From positions 186,001-250,000 of the forward strand of contig CAXBME010000002.1 of the NCBI GenBank assembly GCA_963976765.1: 64,000 nt of DNA, read 5' to 3'. Position 1 is the stretch's first letter. Every line of letters begins with the position of its first letter. The notes under the pieces were generated by a model. That model was not told the origin of the DNA. It saw only the letters and a program-made list of their open reading frames with translations, and ran no database searches. The DNA comes from an uncultured Planctomycetaceae bacterium (GTDB lineage: Bacteria; Planctomycetota; Planctomycetia; Planctomycetales; Planctomycetaceae). Position numbers and translations under genes: made by a program. This document shows, piece after piece, positions 1 to 10,477 of the stretch.

Positions 1-22
1 ACTTTATCTGGAAAACTTACGA

Positions 23-487
23 CTACGGTAGCAGATGCTCCGGAAACGGCTGCGGGTTCTGTGCCTGATGCTCATGCTCAGAGCCGCAGACCAGCCGAAG
101 CTTTTCGATCATCCGGCGTGCCAGCTTGTTCTTCGGCAACATCCTTCGAACAGCTTCGTACAGAATCTTTTCCGGTTTCGTATCGAGCAACTTGGCTGCC
201 GTTGTCACCTTACGACCACTTGGGTAGCCCGAGTAGGTTTCGTAGGTTCGCATTTCCATCTTCGAGGTATAGTAAGGGTGCGTAGGGTGACGGCCTTCTG
301 CCCCGGAAAACCGGACTTTGTCAGCATTAAGCACAATGACGACATCACCACAATCGACGTGCGGCGTGTAGCTGGCCTTGTGCTTCCCCATCAGAACTGT
401 CGCAATTTGCGTCGCAATTCGACCAACAATCATCCCGTCGGCATCGAGCACCAGCCAGTCTGGCGTAGTTTCCTGCTTCTTTGCCAT
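23..487 (-). CDS. rplM: 50S ribosomal protein L13
   Basis: Motifs WLVLDADG..VGRIAT.IA..LMGKHK..YTPHVDCGD.VIVLNA and AVRRMLPKNKLAR. ATG start chosen at MAKKQ; the ORF track extends to 514. Confidence 0.97.
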   Translation of the reverse strand: MAKKQETTPDWLVLDADGMIVGRIATQIATVLMGKHKASYTPHVDCGDVVIVLNADKVRFSGAEGRHPTHPYYTSKMEMRTYETYSGYPSGRKVTTAAKLLDTKPEKILYEAVRRMLPKNKLARRMIEKLRLVCGSEHEHQAQNPQPFPEHLLP

Positions 488-637
488 CGAAGTTTTCTGA
501 GTAATAGCCGGCACGTTTCTCTACCTTAATCAGACGCAAATGTATCGTTCAGAAATGCTGCAACGAATCGTCGTAGCCTGTTTGACTGTAATCAGTTACG
601 CAGAATCTTCGCAAAAGTTGCTGCGAAGGAACGCGGA

Positions 638-666
638 AGGTTAGCGAGATCCCACTGGCGATTCAA
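638..666 (-). promoter_or_regulatory. Putative sigma70-type promoter of rplM
   Basis: Minus strand TTGAAT-N17-TAACCT upstream of rplM. Confidence 0.45.
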
Positions 667-805
667 CCTGGCCAGTCAAAATAGCAGACAAGATGGTCTG
701 TGATCGGAATCCCAGCCCTGCCGACTGCAACTTTCCGTGGACGGGAAGTTCGAATCGGCCTGCTGAATTCTTAAAAGAGCCGTTCAGAACTGCGTCAGAT
801 CGCCT

Positions 806-1807
806 TCAATCGTCGCTGAGAATTTTCTGCCAGAGTTCCCGAATCTGCTTAAGCCGGCGTTCCACTGTTCGAGTCGTGATGTCGAGCTTGCCAGCGATCT
901 CCTGGTGAGTGAACCCTTCAATTTTGAGAGCGGCGACTCGCTGAGCTGTTTCGTCAGGAAGCTCAGCCAGTAGTTTCCGAGTCTGGTCAGCCATGACGGC
1001 AGCGATGTCCGGAGACGGACTTCCTGAGGTCAGCCTGTCAAACCCGCCGGAAACAATGCCCTCGTTTTTTCGAGCCATGACTGCTGAATCGCCGCGTACG
1101 TCACCTCCACCGCGTTTCTGGCGATGATCCTTCTCGATGGCGGCAGCGGCTTTTCGAGTTGTAATGACCATGAGCAGCCGCCACAGCTTTTCACGTTGAT
1201 CCAGCTCAGGAAACCGTCCGGCAGAGATGCCAGCCAGCAGGCTTTTAAAAGCGATAACGGCGACGTCTTCCTCGTCCTGAACGCGGCGCGAAGCGTCTTT
1301 CAGGCTACGGCGAGCGACCTCGACAATTCTTTCTGAATATTTATCCCATAATGCCTGAGCGGCAGCTTCATCGCCCAAACGGACCTGTCTAATCAGGCCC
1401 GTCACATCGCTGGCATCACTCGATCCATCCGGGTCTTCACCCAGAATATGTGGGTCGCCGGTCGGTCGCCCCCCCGGATCGCGAAGCATGAACTGCAGAA
1501 TCGGCCCTCGCTTGCCCAGTCGCACGACCGTGCCGGGTTCGACGAACAGGGTGTCGATCTTGTCGCCATTCGCGTACGTGCCATTAACGCCGAGGTTGTA
1601 GTACTCCCAGCACTGTCCGTCATGCAGCAGAACGGCGTGGCAGCGGGAAATCTTTCCCCCCTGATCCTTGATGGTCACGTCGGACTCTGAAGACCGCCCA
1701 ATCGAGACCGTGTCGGGCGGACGGAATTCCTGCTGAAAAACTACATCCCCTTCGCTGGAGACGACTGTAATTTTCAGACGCTGCATTGACGAAGCCTTAC
1801 CGGGCAT
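806..1807 (-). CDS. FHA-domain / ECF-type RNA polymerase sigma factor fusion
   Basis: N-terminal FHA motifs (IGRS..SDV.I....ISRCHA, GVNGTYANG). C-terminal planctomycete-type ECF (GDEAAAQALW..Y, DEEDVA..AFKS, LWRLL..IT.RKA; sigma4 EGFTHQEIA.KL....RTVERRL). Confidence 0.88.
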   Translation of the reverse strand: MPGKASSMQRLKITVVSSEGDVVFQQEFRPPDTVSIGRSSESDVTIKDQGGKISRCHAVLLHDGQCWEYYNLGVNGTYANGDKIDTLFVEPGTVVRLGKRGPILQFMLRDPGGRPTGDPHILGEDPDGSSDASDVTGLIRQVRLGDEAAAQALWDKYSERIVEVARRSLKDASRRVQDEEDVAVIAFKSLLAGISAGRFPELDQREKLWRLLMVITTRKAAAAIEKDHRQKRGGGDVRGDSAVMARKNEGIVSGGFDRLTSGSPSPDIAAVMADQTRKLLAELPDETAQRVAALKIEGFTHQEIAGKLDITTRTVERRLKQIRELWQKILSDD

Positions 1808-2238
1808 TCGGGCCGTCCCATTGATTAACTCGGAGGATGTGAAGGCGATGAGGTCTGAACGGGTGTTTTCCGTGGAGCATAGAACTGAGGTCAGAGGTTG
1901 CTACCGTCGCAACGTGTCTCGAAACCGTATCCATAACACTGAGAACAGCCCGGAAGAATCCACAGAAAGCGACAGTGGCCCGAATGTCGCGAGGCGAAAC
2001 AGCTTTGTCTGGTGATGTCTGAAAATTCGGCCTGATGCGTAATTGACTGAAGGAAAATCAGGCTGGCAGCAGTATGTTCATCAGTTTCTGGTGTTTGCCA
2101 GTCGCTGATTAACACGCATGTCGTGAAGCGACCGGCAAGGGACGTCCTGAAACACACACCGCGGCGTTGTTATGAATACCCCAGCGACTGCGCGAGTAAA
2201 TCGTGCGGGCGCGGGACACTTTAGCTGGAGATTCGGTT

Positions 2239-3969
2239 ATGCAGCTTCGTACGACAATGCTGATTACGATTCTGATCGCCAGCTCCCTTTTAAATCAGCG
2301 TTTGACGCTGGCCGCCGAATCAGCACCAATACCCGCCTCGTGGAAGCAAGCTGCCGTTGCCGCCGACCATCCACTGGCCAGCGAAGCGGGCGTCGAAATG
2401 CTTCGCCAGGGAGGCAACGTCGTCGATGCTGCCGTGGCGGTTGGATTTGCGCTGTCCGTACTTCGTCCGGGAAGTTCCGGCATGGGCGGTGGCGGATTCA
2501 TGGTCATCTGGGATGCGAAGAACCAGCGGGCGATCGCACTGGATTATCGCGAGCGCGCACCTCTGGCGGCAACGCGGAACATGTACGCCCAGGGCGGAAG
2601 CGAAGCCAGCCAGCGAGGCGCTTTGGCTGTCGCGGTGCCAGGGCATGTTCGAGGTTTGTGCCACGCGTTGAAGAAGTACGGAACACTTCCGCTGAGCACC
2701 GTCCTGCAACCGGCCATTCGTCTGGCGAAGGATGGCGTCACGCTGGATGCTCACGAACTGGCCGTCCGTCAAAGCAAAGTTCAGTCGGCGCGCAAGCTCA
2801 GCAAAGAGTTCTCTGACCTTTGGAAGGAGTACCTGAGCAGCGGAGAACTGTCGACAACCAGCGACGACGAAACAACTCGCCCCTGGAAGTCGCCGCAGTT
2901 ACCGGCTCTGGAATTGCTCGCCAGCGACGGTGTCGATGCCTTTTACCAGGGCCCGATCGCCGAAAGCATCGTCAGGCACATCCAGAGCCGCGGCGGGATT
3001 CTTACGCTCGAGGATTTCCGGCAGATGGATGTCGTCGAACGTCGCCCGCTTTCCAGTGATTTTGACGACATGCAGATTGTAGCCATGCCGCCTCCATCGA
3101 GCGGCGGAGTGGCCATCATCGAATGCCTCAACATCCTCACCTGGCTGGAGAAGAACAAACTGAATGGTCGTCTGGAATCTCTCGGCCACAACTCGTCGAA
3201 ATATCTGCACATCCTGACCGAAGCGCTCAAACATTCGTTCGCCGACCGAGCGACGTGGCTGGGCGATCCCGATTTCGTCGACATTCCAGTGTCGCGTCTG
3301 ACAAGTCCCGAGTACGCCGCGAGGCTCGGGCAAAGGATCAGTCTGAGCGGGACGCGACCACTCAGAGATTACGGCCGCTACTTACCCGTCGACGACGGAG
3401 GCACGTCCCACTTTTCGATTATCGACGCCGCCGGAAATGCCGTCGCCTGCACGGAAACTATCAACACAGTCTTTGGCAGCTGGGAAGTGGATCCGAAATT
3501 CGGCATCGTCCTGAACAACGAAATGGACGACTTCGCCGCGCGGCCCGGCGAGCCCAACGCCTTCGGGCTCGTCCAGTCAGAAGCCAGCGCCGTCGGCCCG
3601 CGCCGAAAGCCACTGTCGAGCATGTCCCCGACGATTCTGATTCGAGATGGCAAAGCGGTCTTCGTTGCCGGGGCGTCCGGCGGGCCGAGAATTATCAGCT
3701 CAACGTTGCAGGTTCTGCTGAACATGACCCGGTTCAAGATGTCGCCGACCGAGGCACTCAGCAAGCCTCGCATTCACCATCAGTGGCTGCCCGAGACGCT
3801 GCTGCTTGAGTCGCCACTCGACACAACTGTGGCCGAGAAGCTGCAGAGCTTCGGCCACGAAACAGCCAGGCGGGACAACCTGGCCGTGTCCCAGGCGGCT
3901 CGTCTCACAAGCAAAGGTATTGAAGCCGCCAGCGACTCCCGCAAGCACGGCCGCGCCGCTGGCTTTTGA
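2239..3969 (+). CDS. ggt: Gamma-glutamyltransferase (signal peptide)
   Basis: GGNVVDAAVA, GSSGMGGGGF, autocleavage site GTSHFS, NNEMDDF, PLSSMSPT, GASGGPRI. GGAG RBS precedes the ATG at 2239. Confidence 0.95.
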   Translation: MQLRTTMLITILIASSLLNQRLTLAAESAPIPASWKQAAVAADHPLASEAGVEMLRQGGNVVDAAVAVGFALSVLRPGSSGMGGGGFMVIWDAKNQRAIALDYRERAPLAATRNMYAQGGSEASQRGALAVAVPGHVRGLCHALKKYGTLPLSTVLQPAIRLAKDGVTLDAHELAVRQSKVQSARKLSKEFSDLWKEYLSSGELSTTSDDETTRPWKSPQLPALELLASDGVDAFYQGPIAESIVRHIQSRGGILTLEDFRQMDVVERRPLSSDFDDMQIVAMPPPSSGGVAIIECLNILTWLEKNKLNGRLESLGHNSSKYLHILTEALKHSFADRATWLGDPDFVDIPVSRLTSPEYAARLGQRISLSGTRPLRDYGRYLPVDDGGTSHFSIIDAAGNAVACTETINTVFGSWEVDPKFGIVLNNEMDDFAARPGEPNAFGLVQSEASAVGPRRKPLSSMSPTILIRDGKAVFVAGASGGPRIISSTLQVLLNMTRFKMSPTEALSKPRIHHQWLPETLLLESPLDTTVAEKLQSFGHETARRDNLAVSQAARLTSKGIEAASDSRKHGRAAGF

Positions 3970-4022
3970 CCGATTTCCTTGCGTCCCCTACTGATGAACA
4001 AGAGCAGTCCCGACAAAGAATT

Positions 4023-4094
4023 AGCCACAGAAATCACAAAGGACACCGGAAAATTATCAGGAACAACTCCGTACCTTCGGTGATCTCTGTGGCT
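4023..4094. repeat. Long imperfect inverted repeat between convergent ggt and rtcB
   Basis: AGCCACAGAAATCAC...GTGATCTCTGTGGCT arms, extendable inward (AAGG/CCTT, CGGA/TCCG). Confidence 0.7.
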
Positions 4095-4098
4095 GAAT

Positions 4099-5562
4099 TC
4101 AGCCCTTCACAACGCCGATCGGGCGCATTCTGGCCACTTTCTTTGAGATGCCAGCTCGATCCACAACGTCGACAACCAGGTTGACGTTTTTGTAAGCGTC
4201 GGGTTGTTCTTCCGCGAGACCTCGCCAGCTTTGGGCCTTCGCAATGACGCCTCGTGCTGCGAGTTCCCGATCGATGCGTCGCCCTTTGGCTTCTTTGACC
4301 GCTCGGGTTCGGCTCATCAGTCGCCCGGCCCCGTGACAGGTTGTTCCGAAAGTCTGTTCCATACTCCCCGACTGGCCAGCGAGTACCCAGCTCGCGCGCC
4401 CCATATCTCCGGGGATAAGAACCGGCTGACCGATCGCCTGGTACCGCTCGGGAATTTCCGAGTGCCCCGGCGGAAACGCCCGCGTCGCCCCTTTTCGATG
4501 AACCCAGACTTTCTTATCAACACTGTCGATGCGGTGCTCCTCGAACTTCGCAATGTTGTGTGCGACGTCGTAGACCAGGCTCATGTTCAGACTCTGCCAC
4601 GAATCTGAGAACACCTTTTCGAAGACTTCGCGAGCCTGCCACATCAGCAGCTGGCGGTTGCACCACGCGTAGTTCGCGGCGGCTCGCATCGCTCCGACGT
4701 AGTGGCTGCCTTCGAGACTGTCGACCGGCGCGCAGGCGAGTTGTCGGTCTGGGAGTTCGATTCCATACCTCTCCGGGACTCCTCGCAACAGTCGCAGAGC
4801 ATCGTCGCAGACCTGGTAGCCCAGCCCGCGCGAGCCCGAGTGGATCATCACGCAGACCATGTCTTTGGCCAGGCCCATCGCTTCGGCAGCTTCTTCGTCG
4901 ACGACAGCTTCGACTACCTGGACTTCCAGAAAATGGTTTCCCGACCCCAACGTTCCGCACTGACTGCGACCTCGTTCGATGGCTCGGTCGCTGACGTTGT
5001 CCGGTTCGGCTCCGGCCAGACAACCGCCAGCCTCGGTGAATTCGATATCGTCGTCAGTCGCCAGCTCTCGACCTTTGAGAAAAGGTACGCCTTCGGCCAT
5101 CAGTTGCCGAAGTTCCGGCTCAGAGAAATGGTATTTGCCTTTTCGACCGGTACCTGCCGGGACGTTGCGGAACAGGCTGTCGACCAGCCGTTCCATGTGA
5201 GGCTTGACGTCCTGGTAAAACAGGTTCGATCGAAGCAGTCGGACTCCACAGTTGATGTCGTATCCGACGCCGCCGGGTGAAATGACTCCGCCTTCGTTGG
5301 GATCGGTCGCGCAGACGCCGCCAATCGTGAATCCGTATCCCCAGTGAATGTCAGGCATGGCGAGACTCGCGACCTGAATGCCCGGCAGTGCTGCCACGTT
5401 CGCCACCTGGTCCGGAGCCTGATCGCTGCGGACCTGCTGGATCAGATCGTCGCTTGCGTAGATCAGCCCATCGACTCGCATGTCCGATCGGTAGCTGCGA
5501 GGAATTCTCCAGCAGTAGTCGTTCACCCTTTCAAGGGGGCCGCTGAATCCTTTTTTGTCCAT
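4099..5562 (-). CDS. rtcB: RtcB family RNA ligase
   Basis: MPDIHWGYGF.IGG, GVGYDINCG, GTLGSGNHFLE, HSGSRG, HNIAK, HRKGAT, HGAGR, EEQPDAYK. Confidence 0.96.
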   Translation of the reverse strand: MDKKGFSGPLERVNDYCWRIPRSYRSDMRVDGLIYASDDLIQQVRSDQAPDQVANVAALPGIQVASLAMPDIHWGYGFTIGGVCATDPNEGGVISPGGVGYDINCGVRLLRSNLFYQDVKPHMERLVDSLFRNVPAGTGRKGKYHFSEPELRQLMAEGVPFLKGRELATDDDIEFTEAGGCLAGAEPDNVSDRAIERGRSQCGTLGSGNHFLEVQVVEAVVDEEAAEAMGLAKDMVCVMIHSGSRGLGYQVCDDALRLLRGVPERYGIELPDRQLACAPVDSLEGSHYVGAMRAAANYAWCNRQLLMWQAREVFEKVFSDSWQSLNMSLVYDVAHNIAKFEEHRIDSVDKKVWVHRKGATRAFPPGHSEIPERYQAIGQPVLIPGDMGRASWVLAGQSGSMEQTFGTTCHGAGRLMSRTRAVKEAKGRRIDRELAARGVIAKAQSWRGLAEEQPDAYKNVNLVVDVVDRAGISKKVARMRPIGVVKG

Positions 5563-5837
5563 GTTGTGTGCCTTGCCTCACAGTTAGCGGAAAGCCGTCC
5601 GACGATCGTCCGGCCCGACGACGTAAAAGTCGCTCGTGGCGTGTTTAAACAGCGCGTCTGGCAGCTTTGGCAGAGTGGGCAACCGGGGCCAGTGTGCGAT
5701 TCTGACCGGTCGGAAGCCCGCCTCGTCAGTTCGGGAATGATGGTCGCTTCTGACAGTCCGAACTGTTGATGAGGTTCGGACCAGCCGCCAGGATGCGACA
5801 CCTTTCAGGACTCAGAAATATGCGGAGGCAGGGAGCT

Positions 5838-6404
5838 ATGCGTAACTTTTGCGGGTTAACTACGATTCTATTGATGGCTGCGGGCATGCTCTCAGCCGCC
5901 GAAGACTCAACATCTAAGAGTGAAGAACCAGTTCCAACGAAGTCGGTATCGACCGTTGGCGATCAGGCGTTGAACCTGAAACTCGCTGTCAGAATTGGCG
6001 ATTCGAAGGGTGGTACCGAGAGCGTAAAGGCCGACGAAGATTTTTCGGGCAAGGTCGAACAGACCTCGGCAAAATCCAGATCGTCCAGCGGAACGGCGTC
6101 AAAGCCTTCAACGTTGAAGCCGCTCAAACGCAAAATACTGGTGTTTAAGGCGACCTGGTGCGGCGCCTGCCAGTCGCTGAATTACGAATGGCCAAGCATG
6201 AAGAAGGTCGGATGGCGAATCGGTGGTAAGCTGACCGACCACATCCAGCTGGTCGACTCAGATGAGCGGCCTGACCTGGTTTCGAAATACGGAATCACAG
6301 CATTGCCAACGCTGGTGCTTGTTGACGATGACAAAGAGCTGGCTCGCCAAGGCTCCCTCGGCGCTAGAAATATTGCCGAGTTTTACTACGGGCGGCTTGA
6401 GTAG
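5838..6404 (+). CDS. Exported thioredoxin-like protein
   Basis: Signal peptide, low-complexity linker, F.ATWCGAC motif, YGITALPT (cis-Pro loop). Confidence 0.8.
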   Translation: MRNFCGLTTILLMAAGMLSAAEDSTSKSEEPVPTKSVSTVGDQALNLKLAVRIGDSKGGTESVKADEDFSGKVEQTSAKSRSSSGTASKPSTLKPLKRKILVFKATWCGACQSLNYEWPSMKKVGWRIGGKLTDHIQLVDSDERPDLVSKYGITALPTLVLVDDDKELARQGSLGARNIAEFYYGRLE

Positions 6405-6436
6405 TCTCAGCGCTTTGACAGGCCCTGTGAATAAAG

Positions 6437-6471
6437 AAGCCGCTTCCGGACCACTTCCGGGCGGCTTTTTT
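6437..6471 (+). terminator. Rho-independent terminator
   Basis: AAGCCGC(TT)CCGG...CCGG-GCGGCTT hairpin followed by a T-run. Confidence 0.7.
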
Positions 6472-6735
6472 GCTGCGCAAGCCATTGCAGGCAAACAGGT
6501 TCAGTCCGACAGCCGCGTCTCTTGTCTCGGTTGAATCTGAAGTTGAGCACAGGTAGTATCGGCGGAACTTCTGACGCTGCGTCCGGTTGTGCGTCAGCCT
6601 GTCTGACTTGAACCAGTTGTCGTGCGGTCGTTGAATTTCTGAGCGGGCCTTCCGACGTTCTACGAATGGGCGCGTACCCGTTTGGCAACTTCAGAACAGT
6701 AAGTCCATCACCTGAAATCGCGGTAGGTTTTAAAT

Positions 6736-7239
6736 ATGGCCGACGAAGATAAGTCTTCAAATGAGTCCTTCAATCTGGAAAAGCTGAAGGAACTGATCGA
6801 GCTGATGGAAAAGCACGATCTGACCGACGTTCATCTGCGGCATGGTGCAGAGCAGTGGCGTTTGCGTCGCGGCCCGCAGGTTGTTGCGGCGGCGCCCGCA
6901 GCTCCTGTCTCATATGCACAACCCGCAACAGCACCAGCGCCTGCTCCTGCAGCATCGGGCGCGGCGCCGACAGCCGCCGCAGCCGCGCCGGCAAGCAACC
7001 TGCTTGAGATCAAGAGTCCGATCGTCGGGACGTATTACTCGTCGCCAACTCCTGAGGATCCAGCGTTTGTGACCGCAGGGTCAAAAGTGACGCAGGACAC
7101 GGTGGTCTGCATCGTGGAAGCCATGAAAGTCTTCAACCAGATCACCGCCGACATCAGCGGCACCATTGAAGAAATTCTCGTTAGCAACGGCGACCCTGTT
7201 GAGTCCGGGCAGGTTCTTTTCCGGGTGAAGCCAAACTGA
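6736..7239 (+). CDS. accB: Acetyl-CoA carboxylase biotin carboxyl carrier protein
   Basis: Ala/Pro linker, SPIVGTYY, biotinylation motif EAMKVFN. Confidence 0.97.
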   Translation: MADEDKSSNESFNLEKLKELIELMEKHDLTDVHLRHGAEQWRLRRGPQVVAAAPAAPVSYAQPATAPAPAPAASGAAPTAAAAAPASNLLEIKSPIVGTYYSSPTPEDPAFVTAGSKVTQDTVVCIVEAMKVFNQITADISGTIEEILVSNGDPVESGQVLFRVKPN

Positions 7240-7387
7240 GCTGATCGCGTTCCTGGTAAGTCGGTTATCAGTGGCTCACCTTGACGATTGTCCGATACGA
7301 GCTGACGACAATACCACAGTCGATGCCTGCCGATGCTGTTCCACAGTTTTCCGTTTCGTTCCCGCTAATCCGTTGTTCGAGTCTCGC

Positions 7388-8749
7388 ATGTTTCAGCGCA
7401 TTCTGGTTGCCAACCGCGGGGAAATCGCCCTGCGAATTATCCGAGCCTGTCGCGAACTCGGCGTCGAATCCATTGCTGTCTTCAGCGAAGCAGATCGGGG
7501 AGCCCATTACCTCGATCTGGCCGACGAGAAGTATTGCATCGGGCCGGCGTTGTCGTCGAAGAGCTACCTCTTCTTCAACAATATCATCGCAGCGGCCGAA
7601 ATCGGAAACGCGCAGGCGATCCATCCTGGATACGGATTTCTTGCCGAGAACGCCGAGTTCGCCCGCATCTGCCGGGAGTGCAATATCGAGTTCATTGGCC
7701 CTCCACACGAAGCGATGGAAAAACTGGGCGACAAAGTCGCGGCCCGTCAGATGGCGATGAACGCCAACGTGAATGTTGTCCCCGGTAGCGAAGGTCTGAT
7801 TCAAAACGAAGCCGAAGCAATTCGGCTGGCAAACGAAATCGGTTACCCGGTTCTCATCAAAGCGACAGCTGGCGGTGGCGGAAAAGGGATGCGCGTCGCC
7901 CGCGACGAAACGGATCTGAAATCCGGCCTGAAAGGTGCGGCGACCGAAGCAGAAAAGGCATTCGGCAACGCGGGCGTTTACCTTGAAAAGTTCGTCGAGA
8001 ACCCTCGCCACATCGAAGTCCAGGTACTGGCTGATCAGCACGGCAACGCCGTGCATATCTGGGAACGCGAATGTTCGACGCAGCGGAAACATCAGAAGCT
8101 GATCGAAGAATCGCCAGCGCCGCGTTTGCCGGAAGATGTTCGGCAGGATCTCTGTCAGTCAGCTGTACGGCTTATTCAGTCGGCTGGGTATTACAACGCC
8201 GGAACCGTCGAGTTCATCGTCGACAAGGACAACAACTTCTACTTCATCGAAGTGAACGCACGAATTCAGGTTGAACATCCTGTTTCGGAAGAGATCTCCG
8301 GGATTGATCTGATCGAACAGCAGATTCTTGTCGCGGCTGGTGAAAAGCTGAGCTTCACTCAGGACGACGTCGCGCGAAACGGTTGTGCGATTGAAGTTCG
8401 CATCAACGCGGAAGATCCGAAGCACGACTTCCGAGGAAGTCCAGGAACGATCACCAGGTTGCGAGTCCCCGGCGGTCGTGGAGTTCGTTTCGACTCGCAC
8501 GTCCACGAAGGCTACCGTATCAGTCCGCACTATGACTCAATGATCGGCAAGCTGATCGTGAATCAGCCGACTCGTCAAAAGGCAATTGCCTGCATGCTGC
8601 GAGCACTCGACGAATTCGTCATCGAAGGCGTCAGCACGACAATTCCGCTCATCATGCAGATCCTCAAAGAGCCAGTCTTCCAGGCCGGCGAAGTCGATAC
8701 TCGCTGGCTTGAACGGGAAATGGACAGAATTCTCCCGAAAGTCGTCTGA
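7388..8749 (+). CDS. accC: Acetyl-CoA carboxylase biotin carboxylase subunit
   Basis: [53 protein letters not shown]; follows accB. Confidence 0.97.
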   Translation: MFQRILVANRGEIALRIIRACRELGVESIAVFSEADRGAHYLDLADEKYCIGPALSSKSYLFFNNIIAAAEIGNAQAIHPGYGFLAENAEFARICRECNIEFIGPPHEAMEKLGDKVAARQMAMNANVNVVPGSEGLIQNEAEAIRLANEIGYPVLIKATAGGGGKGMRVARDETDLKSGLKGAATEAEKAFGNAGVYLEKFVENPRHIEVQVLADQHGNAVHIWERECSTQRKHQKLIEESPAPRLPEDVRQDLCQSAVRLIQSAGYYNAGTVEFIVDKDNNFYFIEVNARIQVEHPVSEEISGIDLIEQQILVAAGEKLSFTQDDVARNGCAIEVRINAEDPKHDFRGSPGTITRLRVPGGRGVRFDSHVHEGYRISPHYDSMIGKLIVNQPTRQKAIACMLRALDEFVIEGVSTTIPLIMQILKEPVFQAGEVDTRWLEREMDRILPKVV

Positions 8750-8901
8750 GCCAATTCGATAAATCTTCAGGCGGGCACCGTCAGGTAGCTTGCCCCCTTC
8801 TTCTGCATGAAGTCTGCGGAGGCACAACGCTGAGCCTGGTGTTCGGCTTCAGCGAGCCAGTAAAGACTGAATCTAACCCAAACATGAATTCGGAGTTTTC
8901 G

Positions 8902-10215
8902 ATGGCAGAATCTGCCCCACTCTCTCACCCCACTCGATCAGAACACAACTTCAGGAAAGTCGCCATTCTGTTTTCCGGTGGACCGGCTCCGGCAGCCAAT
9001 GCAGTCATCTCGACCTGCGCTGCGAGCTTCAGGAAAAGCGGCATCGAAGTCGTCGGCGTAATGCACGGTTACCGACACCTGATGGAATACAACGCGGACA
9101 ATCCGATGCAGGAAGGCCGCGACTTCATCATGCTCAACGACACAACGTTGAAGCGAACCCGCAACCAGCGCGGCATCATCATCGGCACTGCCCGGGCAAA
9201 CCCAGGCAAGCTGATTCAGTCTCCGGTCGATCTTCAGGATGCTGAAAAGACGGCTCCAATGAAGACGACCTATGAAGCACTCTGCTCGCTGGGTGCGGAC
9301 GCACTGATTTCGATCGGCGGTGACGACACGCTCAAAACAGCGAACAAGTTCAAGCTTTATCAAGACACACTTCCGGATGGCAGCAAGAAGCTTCCGGTTG
9401 TTCATATCCCGAAGACAATCGACAACGACTACCACGGAATCGATTTCACCTTCGGATTCTTCACCGCCGTCGACGTGCTCAGCGGAGAACTCCGCAACCT
9501 GCTGGCTGACGCCGAAGCCAGCGAGAGTTACTTCATCGCTGAATGCATGGGCCGCAGCGCTGGCTGGCTCGCTTATGGAGCTGCCATTTCCAGCGAAGCC
9601 AGCCTGGTCGTCAGTGTCGAAGATATTCAGGGAGGCCTGGCCGGCACGGAAGAATGGACCAGCCCAAAAACCGGCCAGACAGAAACCCGCAAGATCATGA
9701 ACATCGACGCTCTTGTCGGTCGAATGGTGAAGACTATGCGTGCTCGCGATGCTGCGGGGAAACGATTCGGAACAATTGTCATGGCCGAAGGTCTTGCCGA
9801 GATGATGCCGGCCAGCCAGCTCGAAGGCATCCCTCGCGACGATCACGGCCACATTTCGGTGGCTCATGTCGACCTTGGAAAACAATTCGCCAAGCTGATC
9901 GCTGCTGAGTACAAAGCTCAGACTGGCCAGTCTCGAAAAATCACCGGCCTGCAACTTGGATACGAATCCCGCTGTGCACCTCCGACAGCATTTGACGTCA
10001 TGCTGGGCAGCCAGCTTGGTGTCGGCGGATTTCGAGCCATCGTTGAGAAAGGTCTGAACGGCGTGATGGTTTCGATCGAAGGCCAGCTAGACCTTCGTTA
10101 CGTGCCGTTTGAGGAACTCGTCAACCCAGCCGACCTGGTCACCAAGGTTCGATTTATCGAAGCCGGTTGCGATTTTCATCGACTCGCCAGATTCCTTGAA
10201 ACTTACGTTGATTAG
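8902..10215 (+). CDS. pfk: 6-phosphofructokinase, probably PPi-dependent
   Basis: GGPAP, IGGDDT, PKTIDND, MGRSAG, LGYESR. The start could instead be 8884. Confidence 0.88.
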   Translation: MAESAPLSHPTRSEHNFRKVAILFSGGPAPAANAVISTCAASFRKSGIEVVGVMHGYRHLMEYNADNPMQEGRDFIMLNDTTLKRTRNQRGIIIGTARANPGKLIQSPVDLQDAEKTAPMKTTYEALCSLGADALISIGGDDTLKTANKFKLYQDTLPDGSKKLPVVHIPKTIDNDYHGIDFTFGFFTAVDVLSGELRNLLADAEASESYFIAECMGRSAGWLAYGAAISSEASLVVSVEDIQGGLAGTEEWTSPKTGQTETRKIMNIDALVGRMVKTMRARDAAGKRFGTIVMAEGLAEMMPASQLEGIPRDDHGHISVAHVDLGKQFAKLIAAEYKAQTGQSRKITGLQLGYESRCAPPTAFDVMLGSQLGVGGFRAIVEKGLNGVMVSIEGQLDLRYVPFEELVNPADLVTKVRFIEAGCDFHRLARFLETYVD

Positions 10216-10477
10216 TCATCTGACAGCAGACCGGTGTCGCGAATCGTCCTTCTCGCAACCGGCATGACGGCTATACTTCCCGCAGCGGCTGGAGGGGTTG
10301 GTGGAGCGAGGTCGCGATTGCGGCGTCAATTCACTGACCCGGTCAGCCGTTGAGCGATTAACGACGTATGTAGAGATACGTTCGTAGTCCATAGTTGCCT
10401 GCCTCAGAAGCGGCGGAACGGAGCCGATTCCGGACCAGCGGTTCGCGCAGATTTACTCAGGGAAAGAACCTCACTCG

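Noticed and set aside
7268..9954. Long antisense ORFs (e.g. 7268-8092, 8938-9954; also 31358-32278 and 61206-62117)
   Set aside because: Shadow ORFs opposite well-supported genes, typical of GC-rich coding DNA; no motifs.
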